DNA of 64,000 nt from Octopus bimaculoides (taxonomy: Eukaryota): NCBI RefSeq assembly GCF_001194135.2, contig NC_068994.1, forward strand, positions 9,561,359-9,625,358, in the 5' to 3' direction. The notes under the pieces were generated by a model that was not told the origin of the DNA, did not search any database, and was given only the letters and a program-made list of their open reading frames with translations. A program made the translations under genes and the position numbers. This document shows positions 38,572 to 52,701 of this stretch, one piece after another (position 1 is the stretch's first letter; every line of letters begins with the position of its first letter).

Positions 38572-39612
38572 NNNNNNNNNNNNNNNNNNNNNNNNNNNNN
38601 NNNNNNNATATATATACGTGTGTGTATTTGTGTAAGAAAAAGAAGGTTGATATTTGTGACTCAAAATGAATCGTTCCTCGCAAATTCGATAAAAATAAAT
38701 ATCGATAAGCAACATATACCAACGATTCGAAGACTGTGTTGTGAAAGGGGTTAGTGAATAGGCCGTGTAAAGTTACAATGTTCCAAAATAGCAGAAGCTG
38801 AAACTAAGCTTAGGCACAATAATGTGGCTAGCAACATATCTGTATTTTAAGGTAGAGGCCAAATGACATAAGCAAATACACAAGAAGTCATAAGGAATAC
38901 CAAAATTAGAATTCTCTGGGATTTTAAAATGCAACTTCAGCATGTGATAAGACACAGAATGCCAGATGTCCTGTTTTTGTACAAGAAATATGGAAAATGT
39001 AACTAATTATATATTGTGGATTCGTATCTGTTTACTTTATCCACTGGAAAGTATTTGGCTTATATTCCTCTAGTTGAGATTCTAAACATATTTAGCTCTA
39101 GTATAGCAAGTTTATTAATGTTTCCGGAGGAGATATAGAAAGTGTTTCCTTTGTTGCTTTATCAGATAACTGGAATTTCTTCTTTTCACACCAAAAATCT
39201 ACCGAAAGTTCTCTAAAAACAAGATTAAAATGCTTTTCGATTGACATTGGATTTCGATTAACATTGTATTAGGAAAACATATATAAACATTATATAAGAC
39301 AAATTGTGGTCAATATTCTAAATTTCTTTGCATATGCTATGACCCAACTACTTCCTCCAGACTTTGATTGCCTGTCGATGTATCACCAGTGAGGCAGACA
39401 TCATGCCATCCCATGTTATTGGCTTTCGCTAAAAGAAAATACAGGAGGAGCAGTTAATTATGATTTATTCAGCAAATTCGCCTCTTAGACTCACCCACTT
39501 ATTTCACTGGTCCTTCAGTTTTTATAAGCCCTGAAAATAACTTGAATTTCACGATACTCTTAAAGCAAGGAATTTTCAGAACCCTATCATATATATATGT
39601 ATGAACACCAAT

Positions 39613-39616
<4 letters not shown>

Positions 39617-39707
<91 letters not shown>

Positions 39708-39710
39708 TGT
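39617..39710. repeat. Long (GT)n of ~45 units
   Basis: Direct reading. Confidence 0.95.
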
Positions 39711-39717
39711 GTCATTA

Positions 39718-39800
39718 TTCAGTTATGTTTGAAGGTTGCTTGCCAATAGAGAAAGAGCCAGTTTCTAAGCTAGTATTTCAACATCAACAGGGTATGTTTG
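39718..39800 (+). repeat. Short dispersed repeat family F, copy 2
   Basis: ccaatagagaaagagccagtttctaagctag-tatttcaacatcaacagggtatgtttg. Confidence 0.7.
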
Positions 39801-40713
39801 TATGTATGTATTGGGGGCAGATTTTTGTATACATGCATGCATGAATTTATATGTGTATATCTACTTACTGTGCATACATATATACGCGGATAGTATAAGT
39901 GTACAAATATTGGTTTCAACAAATAGAATTTATAGCGTTAATTCGTGCATTATTTTTACCTCACATACTTCGCAGTACAAGATCCTGGACGATATCCATT
40001 TACTGCACGTCAATTAACATGCTGCTAGTAAGAGCATCTTCTTTAAAGACATACTATTACGACATCACTGTACTTCCCACTCGAGAATCAGGGACACATA
40101 ATCTTCTATTCTTTTAGCAGAGAATTTATTGAATCACATGCCCTAAAATTGGCGATAGGCCGAAAGCGTAATGACTTAAATAGAAACGTTTGCTAATACA
40201 AATTGATAAATTTCATAAATAACACCAAACCGGTTAACACTAAGGCATTAGAGCAATCAACGAAAATGTCACCTAGCTTCTACAGCGATAACAATCCATT
40301 AACCTTAGATACTAATCCTTTAGGCTTTCAGACGCATACACACAACACACGTATATCTGTATATATATATGTGTGTGTATGTACATATTTATATAAAATA
40401 TTTATGCTTAAACACACACATACATATATGTGTCCGTGCGTGTATGTGTGTTGGTGTGTGTAGCATGGACTACTCTACAGGGTCTCGACTTAATAACCAT
40501 TAATTATATTAAAAGTTCAAATTCAATTTGGAAGGAAAGGGATGTACCAATAACACTGGATTTAGCCGTAAAGTACCGCTCCTTCGTTCTTGTATATATA
40601 TTCTCCACATGGCATAATCCATATACGATTTAATGCATTCCAAATACGTTCACGATGCCGAATACATTTGCCGTTAAAAGCAACATTAGAAGCTTAATGC
40701 TTTTACACCAGCT

Positions 40714-40757
<44 letters not shown>

Positions 40758-40974
40758 TGTGTGCGCGTGTGGGCGTATGTGAATGTGTATGTGTGTGTGT
40801 GTGTGCGTGTGCATGTGCATGTGCATGTGTGTGTTCGGATAGATTGTGTGTACATCCTAGCTGTGTTAGGATGTACATTTTATCTCTATTGATATGAAAA
40901 GAAAGTTACTCAAGCCATTGTATCAAACATGTATACATTCGTGACCCTGTCTCTTCCTCTACACACAAATATAC

Positions 40975-41014
<40 letters not shown>

Positions 41015-41096
41015 CATTGTGATTTCCACTTCTTTACAAGTGATGGCCATCTCTTCATGTATTAGAAGCCACAACAATAATTATATGATGTATTAT

Positions 41097-41300
41097 GGTG
41101 TTGAGCTAACAGAATCATTAGCACGCCAGGCAAAATACTTAGTGATATTTCGTGCGTTATTAGTTCAAATTCCACCGAGGTGAACTCAGCATTTCATCCC
41201 TGCGATTAGGTGTCTTATGTTGAACATAAAGCACTGGGGTCGACCTAATCGACTTATCTCACTGCTCCGAAATTATTAGCTCTGTGTCAAAATTTGAAAT
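41097..41300 (+). mobile_element. SINE family D
   Basis: gagctaacagaatcattagcacgccaggcaaaatacttag...ttcaaattccaccgaggt...gcactggggtcgacctaatcgactt...gtgtcaaaatttgaaa. Confidence 0.8.
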
Positions 41301-42475
41301 GAGTAATCTGATGCAGAATTGCTTCTTTTCTTTTTTGTGTGTGTGTATGCGTCAACTGTTCTCATGAAAATGGAAGAAAGAAAACCGAAACGATAGGTGT
41401 GAAGTTCCCAGTAATGTCTGCAGATAACCTTATGAAATACATCCAAAAACTTGCTTTCATATTTATTTAACAGAATATTTCAATTTGGTAAACTAAACAA
41501 TGTCAGAATATAAAATAAAATCAAACTAATGAGGAAACCTAATACGTTTATCTCACAAAATTTCAACGAGAACTAAAAAATTGTCTAAATTTCAGCGAAA
41601 CATTTTAAAATTATCGATCATTTAGAACTGCTTCTTTAAATTACTTTTTGTGCCACGCTTATAATTAATATTTATCACTAAATTTGGAGCATTTTTTAAT
41701 AGAAATAAAAGAGAAAAATTTTGTAGATAGTGGATATTATCATGAGGATATGAATCAAAGACGAAAAACGACATAAAAACCGTATTACGTTGACTCTATA
41801 CGGTTTAGGACTGTCTGGCTTTCCTATGTCTATGTACCTGTTAGTCTTTTCCGTCACTTTCGGCAGAACTCAGCAGGCAATGATCATAGTACCGTGATTT
41901 GTCAGGTCTTCTTATGTAGGAATTTAGACCTACATGTTGACATCTGGGATTAGTAACCGTGCCCTCGGTTTCACACGGTACGCATAAATTCGAGGGCAAA
42001 AAGGAGGAATTTCGTAATTCCTCTTGACAGATACTGCAGCAAGATAGAGAATGTGCAGTCTTTCGCGTATATGTACATGTATGTATGTATGTATGTATGG
42101 ATGGATGGATGGATGGATGGATGAATGAATGGATGGATGTGTGTATGTATGCATGTATGTACACACAGATATATATAGATATATATACATAACACACACA
42201 CACAACTACACTAACACAAGTATTTCTTGTAGTTTATTGATTATTGAGAGTTCGAAGCGGCCATTATTTTCGGCTCAGCATAGGATGTGCATACAGACGA
42301 TTTTCTTTTCCATGCATGATTACAAGTACACATATACATACGCTAACACACAGACGCACCCAGATACACACACAGACATGTGCTTACACGCATACAAAAG
42401 CGCATATAGAAACCGCTTGGGCGCCCGCTTACGTACTAGGAAAGATATACACGTATATAAATACACACAGACATT

Positions 42476-42516
<41 letters not shown>

Positions 42517-42554
42517 GTGTGTATAGATATATACATATAAACATATAAACACAA

Positions 42555-42587
<33 letters not shown>

Positions 42588-43857
42588 TAGATAGATAGAT
42601 AGATAGATGTATAGATAGATAGATATATAAACATATATATATACATGTAAACATATATGTATATATATAAATATATATATATATATATNNNNNNNNNNNN
42701 NNNNNNNNNNNNNNNNNNNNNNNNNNNNNNNNNNNNNNNNNNNNNNNNNNNNNNNNNNNNNNNNNNNNNNNNNNNNNNNNNNNNNNNNNNNNNNNNNNNN
42801 NNNNNNNNNNNNNNNNNNNNNNNNNNNNNNNNNNNNNNNNNNNNNNNNNNNNNNNNNNNNNNNNNNNNNNNNNNNNNNNNNNNNNNNNNNNNNNNNNNNN
42901 NNNNNNNNNNNNNNNNNNNNNNNNNNNNNNNNNNNNNNNNNNNNNNNNNNNNNNNNNNNNNNNNNNNNNNNNNNNNNNNNNNNNNNNNNNNNNNNNNNNN
43001 NNNNNNNNNNNNNNNNNNNNNNNNNNNNNNNNNNNNNNNNNNNNNNNNNNNNNNNNNNNNNNNNNNNNNNNNNNNNNNNNNNNNNNNNNNNNNNNNNNNN
43101 NNNNNNNNNNNNNNNNNNNNNNNNNNNNNNNNNNNNNNNNNNNNNNNNNNNNNNNNNNNNNNNNNNNNNNNNNNNNNNNNNNNNNNNNNNNNNNNNNNNN
43201 NNNNNNNNNNNNNNNNNNNNNNNNNNNNNNNNNNNNNNNNNNNNNNNNNNNNNNNNNNNNNNNNNNNNNNNNNNNNNNNNNNNNNNNNNNNNNNNNTATA
43301 TATATATATATATATGCAGACATATATGACTTTTATTTTTGAAAGCAAATATCAATGCAGATACAATTTTAATCGCTAAAAACCCAGCCTTCGCTTTTAA
43401 AGCTAATGGAAGCATCTACGGACAAAATCTTCAAAGTATTGTAATGTTTTTCCATCAGCCATACTCGAAGACTGCAGATATTATAACAAATAGAACAAAT
43501 GATTGGACAATATTTATTTTGTCTTTGATTCTTTTATTTTTCTGACTTTTTATTTTTCGATTGTTGCTTAAGCTACATTCTATGGACATTCGTGAGATTT
43601 ACCTGTTGCTAAATATGGCAGTACTTTACGATAATTCTTCATTTCTATGTCTGACTATGCACATGTACACACTCTGTCCTCTTTCTCTCACACGTACACA
43701 CGCAAACCGACACGAACACACATAAAAACACACGCACTCACAACTGCACGCACACCCGCACATTTATAAACATAACTATACACTTATGTGTGTGTATGCT
43801 CCTATATTTGTAGATAAATAGAGAAGTAGATAGAGATACATAGATACAGAGGAATCG

Positions 43858-43889
<32 letters not shown>

Positions 43890-45134
43890 ATATANNNNNN
43901 NNNNNNNNNNNNNNNNNNNNNNNNNNNNNNNNNNNNNNNNNNNNNNNNNNNNNNNNNNNNNNNNNNNNNNNNNNNNNNNNNNNNNNNNNNNNNNNNNNNN
44001 NNNNNNNNNNNNNNNNNNNNNNNNNNNNNNNNNNNNNNNNNNNNNNNNNNNNNNNNNNNNNNNNNNNNNNNNNNNNNNNNNNNNNNNNNNNNNNNNNNNN
44101 NNNNNNNNNNNNNNNNNNNNNNNNNNNNNNNNNNNNNNNNNNNNNNNNNNNNNNNNNNNNNNNNNNNNNNNNNNNNNNNNNNNNNNNNNNNNNNNNNNNN
44201 NNNNNNNNNNNNNNNNNNNNNNNNNNNNNNNNNNNNNNNNNNNNNNNNNNNNNNNNNNNNNNNNNNNNNNNNNNNNNNNNNNNNNNNNNNNNNNNNNNNN
44301 NNNNNNNNNNNNNNNNNNNNNNNNNNNNNNNNNNNNNNNNNNNNNNNNNNNNNNNNNNNNNNNNNNNNNNNNNNNNNNNNNNNNNNNNNNNNNNNNNNNN
44401 NNNNNNNNNNNNNNNNNNNNNNNNNNNNNNNNNNNNNNNNNNNNNNNNNNNNNNNNNNNNNNNNNNNNNNNNNNNNNNNNNNNNNNNNNNNNNNNNNNNN
44501 NNNNNNNNNNNNNNNNNNNNNNNNNNNNNNNNNNNNNNNNNNNNNNNNNNNNNNNNNNNNNNNNNNNNNNNNNNNNNNNNNNNNNNNNNNNNNNNNNNNN
44601 NNNNNNNNNNNNNNNNNNNNNNNNNNNNNNNNNNNNNNAGAGAGAGAGAGAGAGAGAGAGAGATACACATATATATATAATATCAAGTATATATGTGTAT
44701 GTGTATGTATGTATGTATGCATATATGTATGTGTGTATGTATGTATGTATGTATGTGTCCTTAGAAGCCGATGCGTGTTGAGTTTGTATGTGTATACAGC
44801 GATATATATGTTTGTTATCTATTTAAATATATTCATAACGTCTGACGATTTGTTTTGCAATATTTTCTATCGACGGAGGACAAAAGTTTTCAGAGTTATT
44901 TTCGGAATCTCGTTATCTCTTTTCCTTCATATCTCTATCTTTCATTTAAATGTCTGTATACCTATTTATATTCCGATGTCCATCTGTACAAGGAATCCTA
45001 TTCGCAATGACAAGAAGCTGGTTTCGATTCCATGAGGATTAAAATCATAAATATTATATGCTATTCCGCATCGTTCCGACATATTTGAATATACGCAACT
45101 TATTCGCCCGGTTACTTCCTAAATATACATATAC

Positions 45135-45195
45135 ACGGTGGTGCACCAGCATGACCGCAGCCACTTGGCTGAAACACATAAATAAATAAATAAAA
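45135..45195 (+). mobile_element. Family A-like 3' end
   Basis: ggtggtgcaccagcatgaccgcagccacttggctgaaacacataaataaataa. Confidence 0.6.
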
Positions 45196-45374
45196 TACAC
45201 AAACACATATACACACACACGCACACACAAACACACACAAGAATACACACTTATGTTTTAATACATATATTCATGTGAGTAATGCCACACACGTCAACGT
45301 CATTGAAACATGCGCCAATACCATGGATTAGCCTCCTAGAAAAGATCCGTTGAATTTCCAGGGAAAGGCGAACA

Positions 45375-45410
<36 letters not shown>

Positions 45411-45825
45411 GGAATAGTATAAAGCCTCATTTGTAGACTTACCCGGCGTAAAAGCACGGTATAAGGCTCCTGCTATATGTGTTTGCTTATCTCTCTCTTT
45501 CAACATATATATATANNNNNNNNNNNNNNNNNNNNNNNNNNNNNNNNNNNNNNNNNNNNNNNNNNNNNNNNNNNNNNNNNNNNNNNNNNNNNNNNNNNNN
45601 NNNNNNNNNNNNNNNNNNNNNNNNNNNNNNNNNNNNNNNNNNNNNNNNNNNNNNNNNNNNNNNNNNNNNNNNNNNNNNNNNNNNNNNNNNNNNNNNNNNN
45701 NNNNNNNNNNNNNNNNNNNNNNNNNNNNNNNNNNNNNNNNNNNNNNNNNNNNNNNNNNNNNNNNNNNNNNNNNNNNNNNNNNNNNNNNNNNNNNNNNNNN
45801 NNNNNNNTCCAGGGAAAGGCGAACA

Positions 45826-45865
<40 letters not shown>

Positions 45866-45881
45866 CATTTATGTATTATGT

Positions 45882-45941
45882 AGGCGCAGGAGCGTCTGTG
45901 TGGTAAGAAGTTTGCCTCCCAGCCAAATGGTTCCGGCTTCA
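45882..45941 (+). mobile_element. SINE family A head fragment
   Basis: aggcgcaggagcgtctgtgtggtaagaagtttgcctcccagccaaatggttccgg. Confidence 0.75.
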
Positions 45942-46331
45942 ATCAATGTCTAACAACAGCTGATAGTCTCGTGATTACGTGATACACACACACATGCAGG
46001 CACACAAACACACACACACACACATAAAATATACACATACACACACATGTATGTATGTATAAGGAAATTTGAACGAACTTTCGTCCCTTAAATCCTGGTC
46101 ATAAAACTTTAGGCAACGGGATACTGCGTTTGACGCGAGTGTAATGAAACTGAACCGGCAAATACGTGATTCTACAGTAAAGTTCGTTATTGTTCAGCCA
46201 TATCTAAGTTCATAGTGCCATTTGTCTTTCCTGTTAAAGAAGATTATACAAAGGTTTAATATTTAATGCCTCCTAAAGACATAAATGTCTCTACAGTATA
46301 CAAACAACTGGCCTTTTAGTTACAGCCCATC

Positions 46332-46387
46332 ATGGCCGCTACGTGCCACGCGTTCGCTACGTCATTTGTATTAGCTGTAATAGTTCT
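46332..46387 (+). CDS. Candidate first coding exon, signal-peptide-like MAATCHAFATSFVLAVIV(L)
   Basis: ttttagttacag|cccatcATGG context, CpG-rich codons, hydrophobic peptide, TCT|GTGAGA donor (phase 2). Confidence 0.3.
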
Positions 46388-46576
46388 GTGAGAGATATCT
46401 AATACCAGAAACTATTAACCATAATGATTTCAATGCATTAACAGTGTAAATTATAATAAATAAATTAGCGACAGGCTTAAGTGGCTTTACTGATTATAAG
46501 TGTTACATCATGTTACACCCTTAGATGTAACACTTACATTTAACTGCGCAGCCACACTTTCTCTCCTATCTCTCTT

Positions 46577-46625
<49 letters not shown>

Positions 46626-46671
46626 TCAGCTCTTTGACACACGTATAAATGCACGCATGCACATAGCAAAC

Positions 46672-46709
<38 letters not shown>

Positions 46710-46936
46710 ACTCTATTATATATATATANNNNNNNNNNNNNNNNNNNNNNNNNNNNNNNNNNNNNNNNNNNNNNNNNNNNNNNNNNNNNNNNNNNNNNNN
46801 NNNNNNNNNNNNNNNNNNNNNNNNNNNNNNNNNNNNNNNNNNNNNNNNNNNNNNNNNNNNNNNNNNNNNNNNNNNNNNNNNNNNNNNNNNNNNNNNNNNN
46901 NNNNNNNNNNNNNNNNNNNNNNNNNNNNNNNNNNNN

Positions 46937-46970
<34 letters not shown>

Positions 46971-47029
46971 TTAAACATAAACACGCATACACCCAAAGTG
47001 AAAATGGGAGAGATATAGTCAAAATTTGG

Positions 47030-47089
47030 AAGGTAGATAGATAGATAGATTGATAGATCGATCGATCGATCGATAGCTAGCTAGCTAGC

Positions 47090-47163
<74 letters not shown>

Positions 47164-47245
47164 TATAGATAGATAGGCAGGCAGAGAGACAGAGAAACAG
47201 ACAGAGAGACAAATAGAGAGAAAGAGAGAAAGAGAGAGTGAGAGA
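47030..47245. repeat. (GATA)n(GATC)n(TAGC)n(GATA)n...(GA)n compound microsatellite
   Basis: Direct reading. Confidence 0.95.
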
Positions 47246-48629
47246 GATTTCGAACATAGTAAGGTATTTATAGCCAGCCAAGTCGTTGAGATTATAATTA
47301 AATTGGATTGCGCTTTGCACGAAATTCATAGTCGTTGCTTTCGATTTTAGTTATTAATCACGAATAGGATTCATTTGGACGAGCTCATCATTAATACACT
47401 TCCTATGATATAATGACTTCTTGAAGATAAATTATTCGGTATTGATCGATGGTGTTCAAATGGCTTTATCATATGGCGGTATCTATGTGTGTTTTAGCTG
47501 TCGTTATCAGAAGACTCATTAGCATACAGTTAAACGACCAAAACTATAAGACTCTAAATATTTGCGTATGTTTGTGCCATTCAAACATGGCTGTCAAGGG
47601 ATCATTATCTTTTTATATTAATAAATGACGTCCAGTAATACACATAAGGGAAATTTAGTTTAAAATGCATGTTTTTTTTATACAAATCTTTACTCAGGCA
47701 TGTATGCATGTATGCATGTACATATTAACATACCTTTTGGTGTTCGATTGTGAAGATCCAGTTTGGTAGTTCCGAAGTTGAAAGGAATGATTCGTCTCAC
47801 TTTGTGTGACATTACTCTTAGTTCCATGTAGGCCCATAAAAGCTGTACTTCTTAGGATCTCATCAATTGATTAAACAGTTGTCCCAGAGGTAAAGACAGC
47901 TCCCGTTATAATTGACAAAGCCGTGGTGAAGCCAGCTATTCTAGGAGAAAGATAACGAAAATTTCTGTCAAAATAGTATCTTGTCACTGAGGCCTTCTTG
48001 CCGACTGAGGGAGCGGAGCACACGTCTCGCAGCAGCTTTTGTCACTTAACTCCAAATGCATACAGAAGATGACGTAATCATAACACATGCATAAAAGTAC
48101 GCATGCATATGCATACACACACGCATACACATGTATGTGTGTGCTTTAGAGCGTGTGTATGCTTGGGATATATCCTATAGATGTCATTCCGTAAAGTCAC
48201 TATTACTAAGCGATCAGCATATGACGACAGATGGCTGATGGCCGACTGATCGTTAGCATAAAACGATGCAGTATGTGACAAATTAAGGGAAAATGATGAA
48301 TACACTTCTTTGATGATAATGTTCCATTTGAAGTCCAGTGGTGAGGATCCAGTTCAGTAGTTCTGAAGCTATAGAGAGTAGTTATAGGCGTTTTGTTCAT
48401 GACAGCCTTTTTTTTAAATACAACGCTAATTGTCAAATATTCATGTTAAGTTGTGATTTGTTAAAGTCCTAAAATGCGTTTGGCCTCATCTGACGGCTAC
48501 TGTTGTAGCCGATGAATCTTCTTGGGTTTCAACTGCGTATTATGTTCTAACATCTTACGGCATGCAACTGGCGCAAATTACAAATTGTATCGTCTCAAGA
48601 AGCAATGGTGACATCAAGGAATACGATAA

Positions 48630-48820
48630 CTTGCTTTAGGGTGTCGAGCAAGGTAAAATACTTCACGGTATTTCATCCGTCTTTTCGCACTGTGCTGCCG
48701 AGTTCGTATTTGGCTTTCATCCTTTTGGAGGCGACAAAATACCAGTTGAGCACTGGAATCGATGTCATCGACTTACGCGTTTCCATTAAATTGCTGGTCT
48801 TGTGCCAAAATTGGAAACCA
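48630..48820 (+). mobile_element. SINE family D, diverged
   Basis: ggtatttcatccgtc...gctttcatcctttt...accagttgagcactggaatcgatgtcatcgactt...tgctggtcttgtgccaaaatt. Confidence 0.75.
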
Positions 48821-49329
48821 ATGACTAGCCTTACATACACCACACAAAGACATCTACCATTGGTTTGGGTATATTTATATATTAAACAATGCTGCCAGTT
48901 GCAGAATTTATTTCGAAAATTTCAATTCATTCCTGCCGTTGCTATTTATATTTTTAGCCCATAGCTGATTGTTATGCTTTCCATACGAATTTCCACCCAC
49001 GGTTCCTGCACAAATATTAATATATGCCTAGATATTTCCAAATCTAAAGCATATGTATATACTATTGCCAAGAACCAAATTTTGCATCGCATAGGCATCA
49101 CAACCTAGTAACTGTATTTGAGGCATGAGATTATATTAAATACCTGTATTTGTATATTTAATGTAGAGAGGATTTACAAAGCTAATAAGAATTAATCATT
49201 GAGTTGACAAAGTTTTTCACTGAAAACTACTTCTTTGACTTTTTTCAACAAGAGCAGGGAAAATATGTGGACAAATTTTGTCAGTGATACGATTATGACC
49301 AAGCATAACGGAGACATCACTGCACATAA

Positions 49330-49357
49330 CGTAGTAGTAGTAGCAGTAACAGCAACG

Positions 49358-49415
<58 letters not shown>
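49330..49415. repeat. (GTA)n microsatellite
   Basis: Direct reading. Confidence 0.95.
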
Positions 49416-49417
<2 letters not shown>

Positions 49418-51921
49418 AGATCACCAATAGGTTAAACGGCGGGTGAGAAACATAGAGTTGTTTAAAACATATATAGTTATATGGCTGTGCAACATTAGTC
49501 CTAAACCTGGACTGCCATGTTATGCTGGCAAACAGTCTTTACTACAAAGTACTGTTGCTGAATATCTTATGTTGTGAGATTTAAAAATAGTAATTTTCAT
49601 GTTCGAATAAGTTTGTTTTAATCTCAGAGTGTTTCAGATTTAAAAATCTCCCCTAACGTCTCTCAGATGTTAAATTTTGTTACTTGTAGTGCCAATGGTA
49701 ATTATTGTACATCTCCTTCACAATTAGGGATTGCTGGGCAAGTGAAATGTTGTCAACTACACATTAACTTGAACGAGCTGCTGCAACTGTGATGTTTGAA
49801 TTGACGCCTCAATGTTCAATGTATATTATTGTACGTTGATCTGTGAGATATTTCCTCGTGAAAGTTTTCTGATTACTGTAGTTCCTTCTGTAGTTGTTTT
49901 TGTTGATCATGATATATAATCGTGAATACCGAAATTATGTAATCGAGTAGTTCTAAAAGAAAATCTCTATTAATTCTTTTCTTTCACTATTTTATGCGGT
50001 ATAAAATTTCCTTACATTTTAAAATATATTACTCAACATTATCAAAAGTATTTAACTGTCATTGCATAATTGGTCAATGTAAAAAACTTTGTTTGGCCAT
50101 GTCAATATTAGCATTCTACAATAATTTCGTTGCTACCAATGACTTTTAAGGGTTAAGTAATTTTCTGTTCTTCATCTTAAAGTCAACAACTTTCCTAATA
50201 TTTGGAAAACAAAAACGCCGTGTGGAAACTTCGCTTATATTTAACAAGGTTATTTCTATCGCGTATGTACAAATACACACAGGGACAATTTTACAAGTGC
50301 ACTAAGAAATATATACGTATTCTGATACTCACAATATCTTACAGCTATCAAAAGTAAATTCTAAAACACAGAAAAAATTCTGATTATGTTACTCAGTTTC
50401 ATCCGATATTTACAAAGAAAAATCAACGACAGTCACAAAAAGGAAAAGAGGTTAATACAAAGCCAAGAAGTGTATACATCGTATATTCATGATTAACCTC
50501 GTATTATATATTTGTGAATATAAACAAATATTTGGGTAAGTGGAGATTTTCCAATTAGAGACAACTGTGTGGATTGTTTGTGTTAGAACACAAGGAAAAC
50601 ATGTTTACACAAAATTGTAAAAGAATTAATTATTGTCTGTGTTTCGATATTGGCAAGAGAAATATTTCAATTAAGAGACAAAATAAAGAAACGCAAAAGA
50701 AATTTAGGAAAAATAAAAACAACAACTATAAACAATAAACTTTGAGAAACAGAAAATGCAAAGGAAACAACAGCAAAAAACTGAAAATAAGGTAAAACGA
50801 ATTAGGAGTAAAGTAAGAAGAGATAGTCGAATCAGAAATATAGATAAAGACAGCATGAGACAGCAATAGAGCAGTCTACTTAACGAAATATGATTAATTC
50901 AGCTACCTCAGCGTTGGACTATTTAACTGATCATATAGCTTAGACACCCCCCCACACACACACACGCAAACACACACTCATACAGACGCGATCGCGCATA
51001 CACATACAAACTCAAACACACATATATACAGAAAGGCATAAAGGTAACATTCCCACGACTACATTATATATATATATATATATATATNNNNNNNNNNNNN
51101 NNNNNNNNNNNNNNNNNNNNNNNNNNNNNNNNNNNNNNNNNNNNNNNNNNNNNNNNNNNNNNNNNNNNNNNNNNNNNNNNNNNNNNNNNNNNNNNNNNNN
51201 NNNNNNNNNNNNNNNNNNNNNNNNNNNNNNNNNNNNNNNNNNNNNNNNNNNNNNNNNNNNNNNNNNNNNNNNNNNNNNNNNNNNNNNNNNNNNNNNNNNN
51301 NNNNNNNNNNNNNNNNNNNNNNNNNNNNNNNNNNNNNNNNNNNNNNNNNNNNNNNNNNNNNNNNNNNNNNNNNNNNNNNNNNNNNNNNNNNNNNNNNNNN
51401 NNNNNNNNNNNNNNNNNNNNNNNNNNNNNNNNNNNNNNNNNNNNNNNNNNNNNNNNNNNNNNNNNNNNNNNNNNNNNNNNNNNNNNNNNNNNNNNNNNNN
51501 NNNNNNNNNNNNNNNNNNNNNNNNNNNNNNNNNNNNNNNNNNNNNNNNNNNNNNNNNNNNNNNNNNNNNNNNNNNNNNNNNNNNNNNNNNNNNNNNNNNN
51601 NNNNNNNNNNNNNNNNNNNNNNNNNNNNNNNNNNNNNNNNNNNNNNNNNNNNNNNNNNNNNNNNNNNNNNNNNNNNNNNNNNNNNNNNNNNNNNNNNNNN
51701 NNNNNNNNNNNNNNNNNNNNNNNNNNNNNNNNNNNNNNNNNNNNNNNNNNNNNNNNNNNNNNNNNNNNNNNNNNNNNNNNNNNNNNNNNNNNNNNNNNNN
51801 NNNNNNNNNNNNNNNNNNNNNNNNNNNNNNNNNNNNNNNNNNNNNNNNNNNNNNNNNNNNNNNNNNNNNNNNNNATATATATATATATACATACATACAT
51901 ACATACATACATACATACGTA

Positions 51922-52090
51922 CGTACGACGGGTGTCATTCAGTTTCCATCAACGAAATCTAATCACTACACTATGATTTGATTTAAAGCTACAGTAAAAG
52001 ACAACCGGCAGAGATTCCACTCAGTGGGATTGAACCGATAACCATGTGTCTGGGAAGGAAAATTCGTACCACCCAGAGTCAAACTTGCAC
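51922..52090 (-). mobile_element. SINE family A 5' half, degenerate
   Basis: tacgacgggtgtcattcagtttccatc...cagtgggattgaaccgataaccatgtg. Confidence 0.6.
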
Positions 52091-52584
52091 CTCTAAAATG
52101 TATTGCAATGTTGAAAGTAAATCACAAATTTCAAGGTTTTGTAAGATCTCATCGTACACATGACCTTTTAGTCGGAAGCATTAATATGACATTAAACTAG
52201 TATATAGTTTGATTGAAGGAAGTTAAATGGTGTGCTACTACAACTTATAACCCGTATGTCAGCAATTAATTTGGATTTTCGTTTCTATATACCAGTTAAT
52301 CTCGGATGAAGTCTCGCAAAGTTAGGATTAAGTGGAATTTCTAGAAATAGAAATACTCTATAATCGTTTACATATATTATTGTACTTGTTCTTACTTATC
52401 GTCCTGATTGCAATATAATTCAGTCTGCACTTTTCCTTCTCTTTTTATTTCAATTTTCGCCAACTTCTTTAATTGGTTTGTCACTAAATGATAGCTGACA
52501 TTAGGCGACGTAACTGTAATTGCACAAAGATTGTCCTGAGACATCGGCTTTAATTCCTCTTCAATGATCTTTTCTAGTAACCCA

Positions 52585-52613
52585 GCAGCAGCAGCAGCAG
52601 CAGCAGCAGTGGC

Positions 52614-52700
<87 letters not shown>
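52585..52700. repeat. (GCA)n(GTA)n compound repeat at the LINE 3' tail
   Basis: Direct reading. Confidence 0.95.

Positions 52701-52701
<1 letters not shown>

Noticed and set aside
41960-42050. CSICQEEL...LPSNLCVPC, resembling a RING finger
   Set aside because: Lacks the C-x-H ligands and the distal CxxC, and the first Cys lies in the putative acceptor; probably chance.
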